Notes under the pieces: model-generated
The model's database searches: none
Told to the model about the DNA's origin: nothing
Seen by the model: only the letters and a program-made list of their open reading frames with translations
NCBI RefSeq assembly: GCF_033153115.1
Contig: NW_026889796.1
Location: forward strand, 13,020,001 to 13,084,000
Origin: Saccostrea echinata
Lineage: Eukaryota
Length of the DNA stretch: 64,000 bases
Reading direction: 5' to 3'
Part shown: in pieces, positions 1 through 13,315 of the stretch
How the letters are laid out: every line of letters begins with the position of its first letter
Numbering within the stretch: position 1 is the first letter of the stretch
Made by a program: the position numbers and the translations under genes

Positions 1-857
1 ATTAAGAAAGATATGTAACACAAGTGCCTTTGGCCTTCGTGTAAACATGATAAAGTTTGTACCCCGACAAAAACGGTCACACATTTTCGAGTAAGTGTAC
101 ACTCAGGAAAAAAATGAATTACCTACATGTCCATGTTCCTATACTTGCAAATAGATCCTCAAACATATAGATTTTAGTCGTTAAAAATGTATTACCCATG
201 TGTATCTCATCAGTACCGATCATATTTTAGGAATCACCCATATCATGTTCATGTATCCTAGTTCCTCAGATTCAGAAATTTTATTCCGTCACTCTTTAAT
301 GGCTTTATAATTACTTTCTAAAAAATACAAGTAGTAAAACTTCCAATGATTTTTATGTTTATAAAATTAAATTATACGGCTTCGCCTCGGTCAATATTGA
401 TATTTTTCTGGTGAATAACAAACCATATTCACCACCGAAAGAGTCCATAATTGTATATTTTAAAATTACTCGATTTCTGCTATATTTAGGCTGTAGGTCA
501 AGATCTAGTAAATGAAAAATGCCTAGAAAGATTTCTCAAATTTGAGAAAAGAGTGCCTTTAATAATCCATTACAATTATAGTTCAATAAATCAAGGTGTA
601 TCTGGATTCCGGACATAGTTTTAAGGTAAAATCAATGAAAAAATTTTAATATGCCTTTTTCATTGAAAAATTTAAAAAAAAAATCAGGTATAAACATGAG
701 AATTTTCTCCATCTCAGAAAAAGGAAATGTATCTTTATTGCCTATACAGTCTCTCGGGAAAAACTGTTTTTCATATCTTTTCGACCTCTTCTTTAAAATG
801 ATATTACATATTTTCCCTGTCCTGGGATTATTTGAACATTCTTATATATAAGCTTAA

Positions 858-1165
858 GGACAGACGAGACCTTCCTTGAATATCTTATTTTGTATCTCTT
901 TGTAACGTGCCAAAAATATTTATAATTCTTTTTATCTTGTGATTTATAAACTTTTTTCAAATTGCTTTAAAAGATACAAACACCAAAAATTGTGATTCAA
1001 GAAATTTGAGTAATATCAAATAGGATTATATAGGAAATACAATCCTCTGGTATTTAGCAAAATTGCCTGGTAATGCATCTCAATTTTTTTGCGAGGAGAC
1101 ATGTTAATGTCACTCTCAAAATCTTGGGAAAAATTATATATTATGGCGGAACGTCTCGTCTGACC
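858..1165. mobile_element. Non-autonomous DNA transposon with TTAA flanks (Kolobok-like MITE)
   Basis: TTAA|GGACAGACGAGAC...GTCTCGTCTGACC|TTAA terminal inverted repeats. Confidence 0.7.
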
Positions 1166-2021
1166 TTAAGGTATTCTGCCCATTCAATGAATTTTGTTGC
1201 ACAATATAAAGTAATGTTATATTACTCAATATATTTAGACAATTATAAATACTATGTAATAGATTTCAGTTAGGGGACACAGCCAAACATTTTCAGTTGT
1301 GGGGGGAGGCACTATGTACCAAGCAAAAATTCCTTGACAAGCAAAGGAAAAAAAAGTAATCAGACGTTATTATTGAAAGGCAAAATATTTGGAGCCCCCC
1401 CCCCCCCCCTCCCATGAGTTCGTACGGCCATGCTGTAAAGATTGAATATGCCCTAAATTATGATTTTGGCCTGTCCTTGTAGAGTTATCTCCCTTTGTTT
1501 TTCTATTCTAAAAAAATCTATCCAAATATCCAATTAAAAAAATCTTTTCCAACTGAAATGTTATTCTTAATAATAAGATTTTTCACCATGAACTTTGTTT
1601 GCATTCTTTGTATTTATTTTTTTTTCATTATTATCATTTTAAAAGTTAACTTATCTTCATAGTTCTCAATGCAACCTTCGTTGATTAATTACTCCTTAGG
1701 TAATAAGATGTATATTTTTGAAATTTTCGATTCTCTTGGTAAAAATGTTTTTGTTGAATGCCAGAGTAACTTACTGTATGTAATATAGACCTAGTATGGA
1801 TGGAATACCTTAAGATTCGTCTCCTTTATCTTTAGTGTTTTCAGAAGAAAAAATAATGAATTCACCAATAAAAACGTTTCCAATACATTTAATATAAAGC
1901 AGTATAGAGAAATGTCAATGTCAAAGAAAACATTTATTACAGAGAAATGTTTTTTGGTCATGTTTTGATAATTTAATAAATTACTCGCGTATTACACGTG
2001 CAGTAAATTTTGATTCTGAAA

Positions 2022-5000
2022 TCACACATTATCACTAGGTTTGTACACATTTTGCATCTCTTCATTGTGATTGCATGTACACGTACGCGAAACTTTAGGA
2101 TGACAAAGTGTATAATACATTATCATGAACAGAGTACATAGCACAACCCCTGATGAAGCCACAGATATTGTGGCTATATATACCCAGCTAGACTTATCTA
2201 CGTCACCCCAAAATACAAACAGCGCCACCATAACAGCGTTTTCTACATGGAACAAAGAGTAATATGCTATGGCAAGCACTCGAGATTTGTCTCGACTCAA
2301 ATTCATGAAGGATATGATTTGCACAAAGCCGATGAACACAATGAATAAAATGTTGTGTAATGTTCTTTTATAAGCCTTGACATTTTTGAAAAATGCAACA
2401 GTTATCATAACCATCCAATGGAATAGAACACCAAATATTACGTAGTACGGACCGTTTCCTTCGATTGATATCAACATCACAATGGCTGTAATTCTCGGTC
2501 CGATCTCGAACACTCGCCAAAGGAAGTATCCTACAGCTCCACAGTATGTGTTTGCTTTCAAACCGGAAGTTGCGTTAAAGATACGCAGTGCTCTGTTGTA
2601 TCCCGTCACAGACCATGCCAGACCTGCTAAAGACGATGCTATGGTAACAGCTCGCAGAATTTCTGTAATTAAACAAAATTTGATTAATTTAAATAATCTC
2701 TAAGTTTTTATGAAATCAGTCTTGCTTCAATAGATATTAAAGAACACCTTTTTAATCATACATGTCTATCAAAATAAATTTCGAGTTTTTGATAATAATT
2801 TTATAAATATTATTAAATATTCTTTCAAATTCGAACTTACATGATAACTATGATAGATGCATGTATAATGAAAGACCCTTTAAAGCTACATTGAAGGAAA
2901 TGATATATAATCTTGTTAAGACACTGTCACGATTCCTGGAAAATTATTCCTATTCAACTTTAAAGAAAATTACGAATTTAAGATTCCAGGGGGGTGGGGG
3001 TGGGAGATACCTATACACTTCAAAACACCTAGATTTCAGTCCTATTAAATGTAAAAGTATGAAAAAAATATTTTGCTAGAGTTGATATTTTCAGTTTGTA
3101 TTTAAAAACACATTAAGAGTATTTTTTTAAGTTTTCACGCATTAAAGTATTCAAAAACAGATCTAGAACTTTTAGATTTTATTAAAATAGTTGGATGCAA
3201 CAAGTGTAGTACATTTTATGTAGAAATAAAAAAAAACCCAGCAAAATATTACTTATGAACAGCCGATAACTGCTGTTTGACAATGATTTCAAAAGACAAC
3301 ACAACATTTTGCTGGAGACTATAAAATATATAGTGTTGTCAAATCGGACGATTTTTAGTAACCGGTTACTCGCTTACTTTTCCGATCGAGTAACCGGTTA
3401 CTCGGGTGGTTTTTCTTTAGGCCTCAAACATCCTTTTTCGCGGTGTATATACTGAATGGTAACTGAAATACATTTTATATATGTAACATCGTTACCATTT
3501 CTATATAAATCATCATTTGTATATACCGGTATATATAAAACACAAATGCACTGCTTATGAACTTTATTCTTAACAAGCATTCTGAGAGTATTGCATTAGC
3601 AATACTAGTCCCCTACCGGCAAGTGTAATCTGGTTCCCGTTAAAAATTGAAAATGCCATAATTCCATCAAAAATCAATGAAGCGGAACGAAATGTATACT
3701 TAAACTATAACTCATCAAGGTAAAGTCACATACCAAAAATTAGCTCAATATCTGCAAGCGTTTAGAAAAAAAGTGCGGAAAACCAAGTGGGACAGACAGA
3801 CAGACAGCTAGACAGACAGACGGACGGACAGTCTCAGAGGAAACCTATAGTCCCCTCCGGTTTCACCGGTAGGGGACTAATAACAAACCCACAGTATTAA
3901 ATACTAGTATCTTCTGAATAATATTTCCTCGAACACCCCGTAATAGTTTGCTGTTTTGCGGGATGTCGTTTATATAATATATCGCTTGTTTCAGAGTTAA
4001 TTTTCAATTTTAGGTGGTTTAGCATATTCGGTGTCCGACCCGTGCATGTTAATTCCCAAAATATGTTACACCTTACGGATTTAAATTCAATCATTTTTAA
4101 AAATTATTTTGATGCATATGGCGGCGTCCTCTTTAATCTTGTACTGCGGACTAGCTCAGATTTGTGTGGAGTAATTATAATGAACTCAAGCCTTCAAAAC
4201 TTGTATACCCCTTGGCAATGAAAGCCGCCTATTAGATAAACTGTGAAATACTTATCAAAACACATTGTTCATATTTGTAAAACGCTAGGTCTATAGTCTA
4301 TTGTTAAATGACAGTAAATAAAATAAGGAAAATTAAAAACAAAATTACACTTTTCCCTGCTGATTTAAACATGTTAAAATGTAAAAATTTATATATCCGA
4401 GTAACCGAGTAGCAGTTTTACTAACCGATACTCGCATCGTTCGACGGTTAACCGGTTAACCGGGTACTCGTTGACAACACTAAAAATATACAAATAACGG
4501 AAAGAGAATAGATATATATCCCTGGAGTTGTTGGTATACTAGTACATGTAGCCATCTACCTATTCCCCGTTCCATCATAAAATTGACCAATTTTAATAAA
4601 ATTTCAGCTTTGTTCATTCTTTGATGGATCAGTTGATTTCGAAAAATTAATATTTATAATTGAAGGAGAAATACACGCTCTGGCACAAATAAACATTTTT
4701 TCCCCTTTACTTACGTAAGTGTAATTCTTCTTGCGGCGTGTCATGGATAGCAATGTAAACCTGGATGATCAGCTGAGGAGCGGATTCAAAAAAGGCGTCG
4801 AACATCCGTAGAAAACTGGCATCTATATCATTCTTTATCATTCTATTGTAATGTTTCTTTTTATCAGTGGATCTGCGACTTAAGAATCCATGTTTTAAGT
4901 AAGAGAAGTTTCTGAAAAAAGAACACAGTGCTTTAATCGTATCGAATTTGGATAAGATGAGACAAGGACTGCGTAAAGAATAATTGCGAATGAATAACGT

Positions 5001-5746
5001 ATCTAGATCCTAGTATCTTTGAATTTCACCTATAACAGTGTATATATACTTTAGAAGTAAAACATTTTAAAGTCACTGACTAAAGTTCTTGAATGTGAGT
5101 TATTTAAGGGTCTCCCTGTGATCCAAAATGGCACTGATTTTAAAGCTGCGATACACTACCTGATAATGGTAGAAAATGGGAAGGCCACAACAAGAAACAA
5201 AAACTTTCCAACTTTTCCTACAGGTCCACTTCCGTCTTGTAAGTACCAAACCGTGCTTAAGGACCCTGCCACCAGAAATGACGCAACCACAACCGATGAC
5301 GTGAGTGCACACTCTACCATTCTACCGTGATTTTTGTATTCCATAGCTAGAAGAATGTCCGTTACAACGTCAAAGACAAAGAGTACTATTGAAACAACGA
5401 CACCAAGAAAGTCCAAAATGGTAAATGGATAGATTTGGATATTGTTTTTATCATCTATGGCAGTGTTATCACCCGAGTTATCAATAAGTGTGATGTTTTC
5501 ATCTCGGAGCCCCACCATATTTCTCAGCATAATTTCTCTCCTACTTTGATCACTCTCTCCATTTTCTCTCGATTTCTCGCCGACATCGACACAATCTACA
5601 GGGTCCACAGCCGGATAACTTTTATGTTGTCCGATTAGGTTGTCCTTCTCACCTTGATTCATTTGTTTTGCACGAAATCCAACCATATTGTCTACTTCAT
5701 CCTTGTTCCCTGTTTCTTGTTTCTTTTTTGATTTTAACTCCTTCAT
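2022..5746 (-). CDS. XKR: XK-related protein (XKR/CED-8 family scramblase-like), copy A1, apparently intact, 474 aa; exons 5746-5160, 4911-4715, 2662-2022
   Basis: Hand-spliced at GT-AG sites (phases 2 and 1); exon lengths 587+197+641=1425 nt, open throughout. XK-family motifs FDVVTDILLA, FESAPQLIIQVY, FEIGPR, HVENA and YYTLCHP. N-tail contains DEVD-N and DPVD-CVD. Orthology to a numbered XKR cannot be assigned. Confidence 0.9.
3331..4482. mobile_element. Non-autonomous hAT element in A1 intron 2
   Basis: TIR TAGTGTTGTCAA/TTGACAACACTA with 8-bp TSD AAAATATA. The paralogous site in A2 (about 18945-18965) is empty. Confidence 0.85.
3572..3883 (+). mobile_element. Helentron/HINE-type element nested in the hAT element
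   Basis: Subterminal inverted repeat TAGTCCCCTACCGG / CCGGTAGGGGACTA, (GACA)n microsatellite and 3' hairpin. Confidence 0.7.
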
Positions 5747-6495
5747 TGTGTCACAATTTGTCTGTAATTAAAATTTAGTTTGGGGAAAGTCTCATGGAAA
5801 TATTTAGCGAGTTTCGTTTTAGAACTATTTCCTACTGTAATCTATATAAATCAGTTGTTTAAGATTAGGGGAACCTATGAATAGATTTGTATACCTATAT
5901 TATCTGTACTGCCCCACTGAATTCAATGTTGACAACAAGATTGGGATTTAATGTCGAAATTTAGATTTCGTGTAGTTTGCATTAGATTTTAAATTACAGA
6001 CACTCCTATCTAAAAACATATATTAGATATATTAATTACTATGATAATCAGTTTCGTACTTCATATATACAGTGCAATGTCTCTATAGGTTTTAAAAACT
6101 TTCATATCGCCTAGCTTGTTTATTTATATAGGACCAGAATAATGTTTTAATCTTTCAGTGGCAACTGCGCTGCTTGCACAACTACTAGTATACATGTATT
6201 TGATGTTTATTTTGATTGGGAAGTTTCATTTAAATTGTCTGAGCCATCTGTGAGAACTTCTGCAGACAAAATTAGGTTGAACAATAATAATTATATGTTC
6301 TCCGACCTCGTTCAGGATGATATGATAAGAAGTTCAAAAGAGTTGTTTTTTTTTTCCAAATAGTTTAAAAGCATTAATTATATCCTTTGTACATGTACAT
6401 AGAGACATTATAAAGGTTTACTTTTGATTGGTTATTTAATTCATAATAATTCTTTCCACAGAAAAATGGTATAATTAAGGATAAATAACACAAGT

Positions 6496-6870
6496 TTTTA
6501 TAAGCCCCCGTATCGAAGATTCGGGGGTATATAGTTTTTGCCCTGTCCGTCCATCTGTCTGTTTCTCCGCAAAAACTTTAACCTTGCCCATAACATTTGA
6601 TTGCTTGGAGCTATGACTTTTATATTTCACATGTGTATTCCTTGTTTCAAGACCTTTCTTTGGGTACCATCATATTTGACCTTTTACCTTCACCACAACT
6701 TTTGAACAGTTGGAGCTAGGGCTTTCAAATTCCACAGGTATATTCCTCGAGACAAGACCTTTCTTTGGGTGCCAACATTTTTGATCTCTTGACCTGGAGT
6801 TTGACTTGCATTTGAGAAACTTTAACCTTCGTCATACGGGAACATCAGTGTTTCACAAACACATCTTGTT
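6496..6870. mobile_element. Helentron/HINE-type insertion between A1 and B1
   Basis: Hairpin cccccg..cggggg, TGTCCGTC microsatellite, catcttgtt end, inserted in a T-run. Absent from the paralogous spacer near 35115. Confidence 0.65.
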
Positions 6871-8262
6871 TTTTCAAATATACCAGCAATATATCTAATA
6901 AATTTATATTCATATAGATGACTTGAGTAAAGTTTGTCAGAGTAAGTATGGAAATTTTGTAGGATTTTGTAATAAATTAATGTCATAAAATGTGACCAAA
7001 ATTTTGTGTAGATTTATATAGAAAATGGTATAAAGTCGCATATTTAAATACCAAAGAAAAGATACGATTTCTTCATATTTTAGAAATTACTATTTTAATT
7101 ATGTCATTTCTATTCAAAATAAGTAAAATAATTACATAATTATATCAATCCTTTTTTTTTCTTAGCTATTCATAATTGAAAATATACAGAATTCTAAACA
7201 AAATACACTGTTATAGGTTTAAAGAACTTCCAAGCGACTGAGTGATGACAATTTAATATAAGCTGGTTATAATAACAATCATGTATATCATTGCTATGAA
7301 AAGATTCGCAATGCCAAACGCATTTCTTGAATCCTATTAATTCTATGAATTATGAGCTGAGTATTTGTTAAGAAGATTCAAATCTACTATTAGCACATTT
7401 ATATTGATAACATGGGGAAGTATAACAGGAAATGCCCTAGTCCTGAAAAGTACAGTAGTCCTCAGTTCACCGATACATGTTCGTATTTACACTGCCTTTG
7501 AACTGATGCACTGCTACGCTTGCTCTGCTAATTCTACGTCTCCATTGCCACTTCTGCATGAACGTGCTACTTTGGGGTGACAAAGTGTGTAGTACATCAG
7601 CATGAACAGAGTACATAAAACGATTCCAGATGAGGCCACTGATACTGTGGCTAAATATACAAAACTGGACTTATCTACGTCACCCCAAAATACGAACAGC
7701 GCCACTATCACAGCGTTTTCCACGTGGAACAAAGAGTAGTATGCTATGGCAAGAACTCGAGATTTTCCTAGGCTCAAATTCATAAAAGATACAATTTGCA
7801 CAAATCCGATGAACACAATGAATAAAATGTTGTGTAGCTTTCTTCTATAAACTCTCACATTTTTGAAAAAAGCAACAGTTATCATGATCATCCAATGGAA
7901 TAGAACACCAAAAATTATGTAGTACGGACCGTTTCCTTCGATTGAAATCAACATCACAATGGCTGTGATTCTTGGTCCGATCTCGAACACTCGCCAGAGG
8001 AAGTATCCCACAGCTCCACATTTCGTATTGGCTGCCAAACCGGAAGTTGCATTAAAGACACGGAGTGCTCTGTTGTATCCCGTAATCGACCAAGCCACGC
8101 CCGCTAAAGAGGATGCTATGGTGATAGAGCGCAGTATTTCTGTAATATGGAAACTATTTTATTTTATTCAAGTTTCTGATTTAAGTCAACTGACACATAA
8201 AATTAATAGGAATACTCTCTTTTGCATATGAATGACAGGAGAAAACAATTTCAACAAAATAC

Positions 8263-9229
8263 TAGGGATGTCGACGAATAGTCGACTTTTCGACTATCAG
8301 TCGAATGGACCGACGATCGAATAATGAAACGACATTCGAATATTATCATAATTAAATAAATGCAATAAAAGAGTGATAACGTGATGGAATTCTCATCACA
8401 AAATTGAGAAACCGTCTTTCCTCAGAGACAGTCGATAAGAAAATTTTCCTCAACAAAAAACGGTTGATTTTCCATGTACGTATAGAAAGTACAGTAATTA
8501 TAAGTGCTTCACTACTGTCGCGTACTGCGGGAATTATTTATCAGTAACTGCCTGTGTTGTTTTTGTAATTAATTACCCATCAATTTACTAGGCTTTGTTT
8601 GTAAAATTATAAATTGGACTGGATCTTATACCATGTACCAATTATTTTTTGTTATTTTAAGATTGCTCAAGCGCAAGGAAGAACCATAACTGTGACATGT
8701 TTTGACACTTCGATAATTATCAAAACAATTCGCTTACATTTTAAACTGTATAAGGACATTTTGATAGCCAGAGCAAACAATAATCGAATAAGCAGTATCT
8801 AACTGTTTAACAATTTCACAGGCACTTGACATGTGGATAGTTTGAGATTAACCCCCCTCCCTCAATGTATTTCATAATAATCTTTAAAAAATATCTCCTG
8901 GCAATTTTTTTTCTTTGCTTACTTAAATAAAACCTGGCTGCATGTACAAACCCAATTATTAATTCTATTGACGGGGAAATCATACATTTTGGAAAATTAG
9001 GTTTTGAAATTCAAATAATCATGCTCTCCACGCGTTACGTTGCATAAATTTTGATGTTACTTTTTAAATAGATTTAAGTAAAAGGGTTTCTGAATTATAA
9101 ATAAATCATGTACCAGTGAAGTTTCAAATACAATTTTATTTTCAGGAAATGTTCCGAATATATTCGACTATTGTTCGAACAATGCAATCGAATAATCGAC
9201 GAAGGAAAATAAATATTTTGACATCCCTA
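8263..9229. mobile_element. Non-autonomous hAT element in B1 intron 2
   Basis: TIR TAGGGATGTC/GACATCCCTA with 8-bp TSD CAAAATAC. Absent at the B2 paralogous site (about 36460-36475). Confidence 0.85.
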
Positions 9230-9370
9230 CAAAATACATATCATAATACAGATGTCTCCAGAATAGTTTGAGCATAAAAAAATTCGCGGGTTGAAAGTTA
9301 ACCACTGCCATATTCCTTTCGGTAGCAAACCACTCAAAATGCCAATCTGCAAAACATATAACTGTAATAA

Positions 9371-10470
9371 AATCTAGAGGAACTGTGAGCACTGAGCTCA
9401 CACAATTATACCTCCGCCTCCCATATATTTAAAATGGCAAAGTCCATGTTTTTCAACGAGAGACACGAAATGAGTATCCGATCAAAAAGTAAAATAGGAG
9501 GTCACAACGGCACTATGTAACAAAGATTATGTGAAAGTATCATTAAATTAGGAGGAGTTGCGGATAAGAGATGGGTTCCTCTCAAAATCATTAAAACATA
9601 GGTAAGGCAAATTTCATATCATATTCTTTTTTTAGTTAGTGTACATCCCAAGATCAATATCCATGCAAGTTTGGTTTATGTACGACTTATAGTACTTGGA
9701 AATAGACCTGATCAAAAAACGTTTATCCTGTTTACTTATCAAGAAAATTTTGGTCAGTTCCAACATCCAAAGTGTGTCTGGAAGTTTTTATCCTTAGATG
9801 CACCATCTATGCAAGTTTAATCATAACAGGCCATAATGTTATATATATAGCTACTCCAAAAAAACTATCCTGGTCACTCCTCAGGAAAATGTAGGTCAGA
9901 TTCAGAATCCAAAGCAAGTCTGGAAGTGACCAATCCTAGCTACATCATCCATGGTAATTTGGTTAAAATATGGCTTAAATTCAATCATGTGGAAAAATCT
10001 AGGTCGAATCCAGCATGCGAAGCAGGTTGGTTAGCATACATCCCTAGATGCATCATCCATGCAAGTTTGGTCAAGGTAAGGCTTATAGTTACTTGGGAAT
10101 GGACATGCTCCAAAAACTTTCACATGGTCACCCATCTGGAAAATCTAGATGAGATCCAGCACCCGAAGCATGTGTGGTAGTGTCCATCCCTAGATGCATC
10201 ATCCATGGGCTTATATTACTTGGGAATGGACTTGCTCTTAAAACTTTAACCGGGACGCCGACGCTAACGCCGACGCCGGGGGTATAGCATAAGCTCATCT
10301 CGACTTCGTCGAGGTGAGCTAAAAACGGCATTGTCTATGTTTTGCTATTGGAAACTCGAAATATGCGTCCGATCAAAAAGTAAAATAGGAGGTGCACAAT
10401 GGCACTATGTAACAAAGGACGTTCAGACAGACGGACGGACGACTAGACTTTTCAAGCGGGGGGTATAACA
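9371..10470 (+). mobile_element. Nested Helentron/HINE-like elements in B1 intron 2
   Basis: Internal degenerate tandem units; GACGCC repeats followed by the hairpin agctca..ctcgac/gtcgag..tgagct (to about 10325); (GACG/GACA)n near 10425. Absent in B2. Boundaries approximate. Confidence 0.55.
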
Positions 10471-12967
10471 ATGTGCGTAGTAAGAATTTTTTGAAATGGG
10501 AAAAATTGCAAAGACATTAGAGAGAGAATCAACTGGAAGCATTACACACACTGAATATTAGTGTCGGGTAAACATTGGAGAAGTAAATCCATATTTAATA
10601 CAGAGATTAAAGTGGTGTTCTAAATTTTTCATTCCAAAGAAAGTAAAATCAAGAAATCTTCGGAAATCAAACCCTAGTATAAATCATCACTCTGATAGGA
10701 TCTATTTATGAACCGGGCCGAAATTTTAAATTTTCCTCTAAAAGTAATTGTAAGTCCACAGAAAAAAGTTTTTAAAAAAATAACTATTCTGAGATATTTT
10801 CAACTTATTCGTATTAACTATTAAGTCAGTTTAGCTACTATATATAGTTCAACGTTAACTGACGTTTTTCTTACCTAAATACAAAGTTTCTTAAGGCGGG
10901 GTGTGGATCGTAATGTAAATCTGGATAATTAGTTGTGGAGCGGATTCAACAAAGGCATCAAACATACTTAATAAGCAGGCATCCGATCTGTCCTTTATCA
11001 TTCTGTTGTAGTGCTTCTGTTTATCAGTAGACTTACGACTTAGATAGCCATGTCTGATGTACGAGACTTTTCTGAAAGAAATTGGAACATAATTTATTTG
11101 ATTTTCAGTTTGACAAGAAGAAAATGACCAAACAAGAGGTTCACGGTTACAATACTCGCATAATTCACCTTTAATTCTCTCTTTTTGAAAAATAAATAAA
11201 CGAAATGTATACAGTATATAAATGGAACCTCTAAATGTCGCTTCCAAGTTAATATTCCGTGATTTTATAAAATAAATTTTGGAAACAACTTTTTAGAGGT
11301 TTTATTTAAATATACATTATGTATCTACCTGAAAATATTCATGTTTCAAGGAAATTAAAATGACAGTCCAACTATGGACAAAAAGTATCCCAGATGAGTT
11401 TTACAAGTTACGTAAAACAAGAAGAGGGTATTTTTGATGATAGCATCCAAGTACAGTTTTGGGATTACAGGCATCTGGATATTTCAATATGTTTACCTAA
11501 GAATCGTAGCAAATGTAAATGCTACTATGATGAAGAGAGTCTTCGTTATTCTTCCTTTAGGTCCACTTCCGTCTTGTACATACCAAATCGAACTCAGTGT
11601 TCCCGCCACCAGAAATGACGCAACCACCACTGATGACGTAAGTGCACACTCCACAGTTCTACCATGATCCTTATATTCCAGAGCAAGTAGAATGTCGGTG
11701 ATAACGTCAACTGCAAATACTGTTATAGAAACTGTAGCACCAAGAAAGTCCAAAACGGTAAATGGATAAAGTTGAATGTCGTTTTTGTCACCTTCAGCAG
11801 TGTCTTTCTTATCAATGATTAGGGTGGCTTTTTCATCTCTGTTCCCCACCATACTTCCCAGCATTCTCCTCGGCGCCTTATAATCTTTAAATTGATCACT
11901 CTGCCCATTCTGTGTCGTTGTTCCGCCAGAATCGACACAGTCCTCAGTTTCGTTGTTCTCATCAGGATCCTTTTGTTTTCCACGAAAACCAACCATATTG
12001 TCCACTTCATTTTCCTCCGTCTCAAATGTCTTCTTCTTTGACGTCTTCATTTTTGATTTTTAGTTGAAAATATTATTTTATCCCTCCTGCTTAATTTTTT
12101 AAAACAAAAGTGGAAATTTCGAGAGTATACTTCTGTTTTCAATTCTTTTACTGAACCTGAACTAGTCAAAGGCGCTTTCATATGCTTGCATCTATTTATA
12201 GGCTAAAGTACATCAACTTTTTAAACTGTTAAAAACTCTCAGATGAGTGTACATAACGTATAAGCACAGTATATGTAATGTATATATGTTTTAACATACT
12301 CGAGCACATTCAATTATACCCAAATTAACGTTATGTGGGCTTACACTGTAAACCTATAGGGTTTAGAACGAACATTTCATTTGAACAGTTAAAACTTTGA
12401 ATATGTATTTATATCATAATTATTTTAGTTATTAATACTGAACTGATCAGTGACAGTAAAATAAAATCAAATTTGTTAAACCAGGATGTAAATTAATGGT
12501 GTACCAAATACAATGACTGGAAAAATAAAGAGTATTAACTCTACTATCAATTAAAACATTTTTGTGACGTCATTCTTTTGTTTCTACAGTCTATAATATA
12601 ATAATAATAATGTCCTTTATTTATACAGGATAGCACAATTAGTTTGGAGAACTAGTTTACATTGTGGTCCTGAAAACGTTTATAACAGACAGAAAGAGTA
12701 TGTACAGAAACAAATAAATATTATAGAATATGAAAAAAAGCGTGGTCTAATAAAAATAATATTTACACATGATATAATGTAAAACTCAAGTCTCATATTT
12801 CAAAGCATTTACTGGTCTAGTACAATATTATTTTCAGGAGTACAGTATTATATCTAATATTGTACTCCAAAATAATACTGGACTGTGTGAAAAGGTTGAC
12901 GCACCTAGCTTTTAGACAACGAATGAATAAGGCCACAAAGAGACAAAAAATACATGTATTTATATTA

Positions 12968-13315
12968 ATATATAGAAATCAACATCTCGTAATCCAATTC
13001 AAGCTATACAGAAATCAATTTAACATCTCGTTATTCAATTCAAGCTATATAGAATCCAGTTCACGCTATATAAAAATCAACATCTCGTAATCCAATTCAC
13101 GCTACATGTATATAGAAATCAACATCTCGTATTCCAGTTCAAGCTATATAGAATCCAATTCACGCTATATAGAAATTAAGATCTTGTAATACAATTCAAG
13201 CTATATGGAATCCAATTCACGCTATATAGAAATTAAGATCTTGTAATACAATTCAAGCAATACAGAATCCAATTCACGCTGTACAGAAATCAACATCCCA
13301 TAATCCAATTCAAGT
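12968..13315. repeat. Minisatellite built from AATCCAATTCA(A/C)GCTATATAG subunits (about 20/36/56-bp periods)
   Basis: Directly visible tandem repetition. Confidence 0.8.

Larger units (their letters stand above)
7514..12050 (-). pseudogene. XKR: XK-related protein copy B1 with a premature stop in exon 2 (pseudogene or null allele); exons 12050-11497, 11071-10875, 8139-7514
   Basis: Exon sizes identical to B2 (554/197/626). TAA at 10893-10891 where B2 has CAA (HTPP-stop-ETL vs HTPPQETL). The frame is otherwise open and the splice sites are intact. Confidence 0.85.

Noticed and set aside
12968-13315. Regularly spaced repeats that superficially resemble a CRISPR array
   Set aside because: Eukaryotic context, the spacers are themselves repeated, and there are no cas genes; it is a minisatellite.
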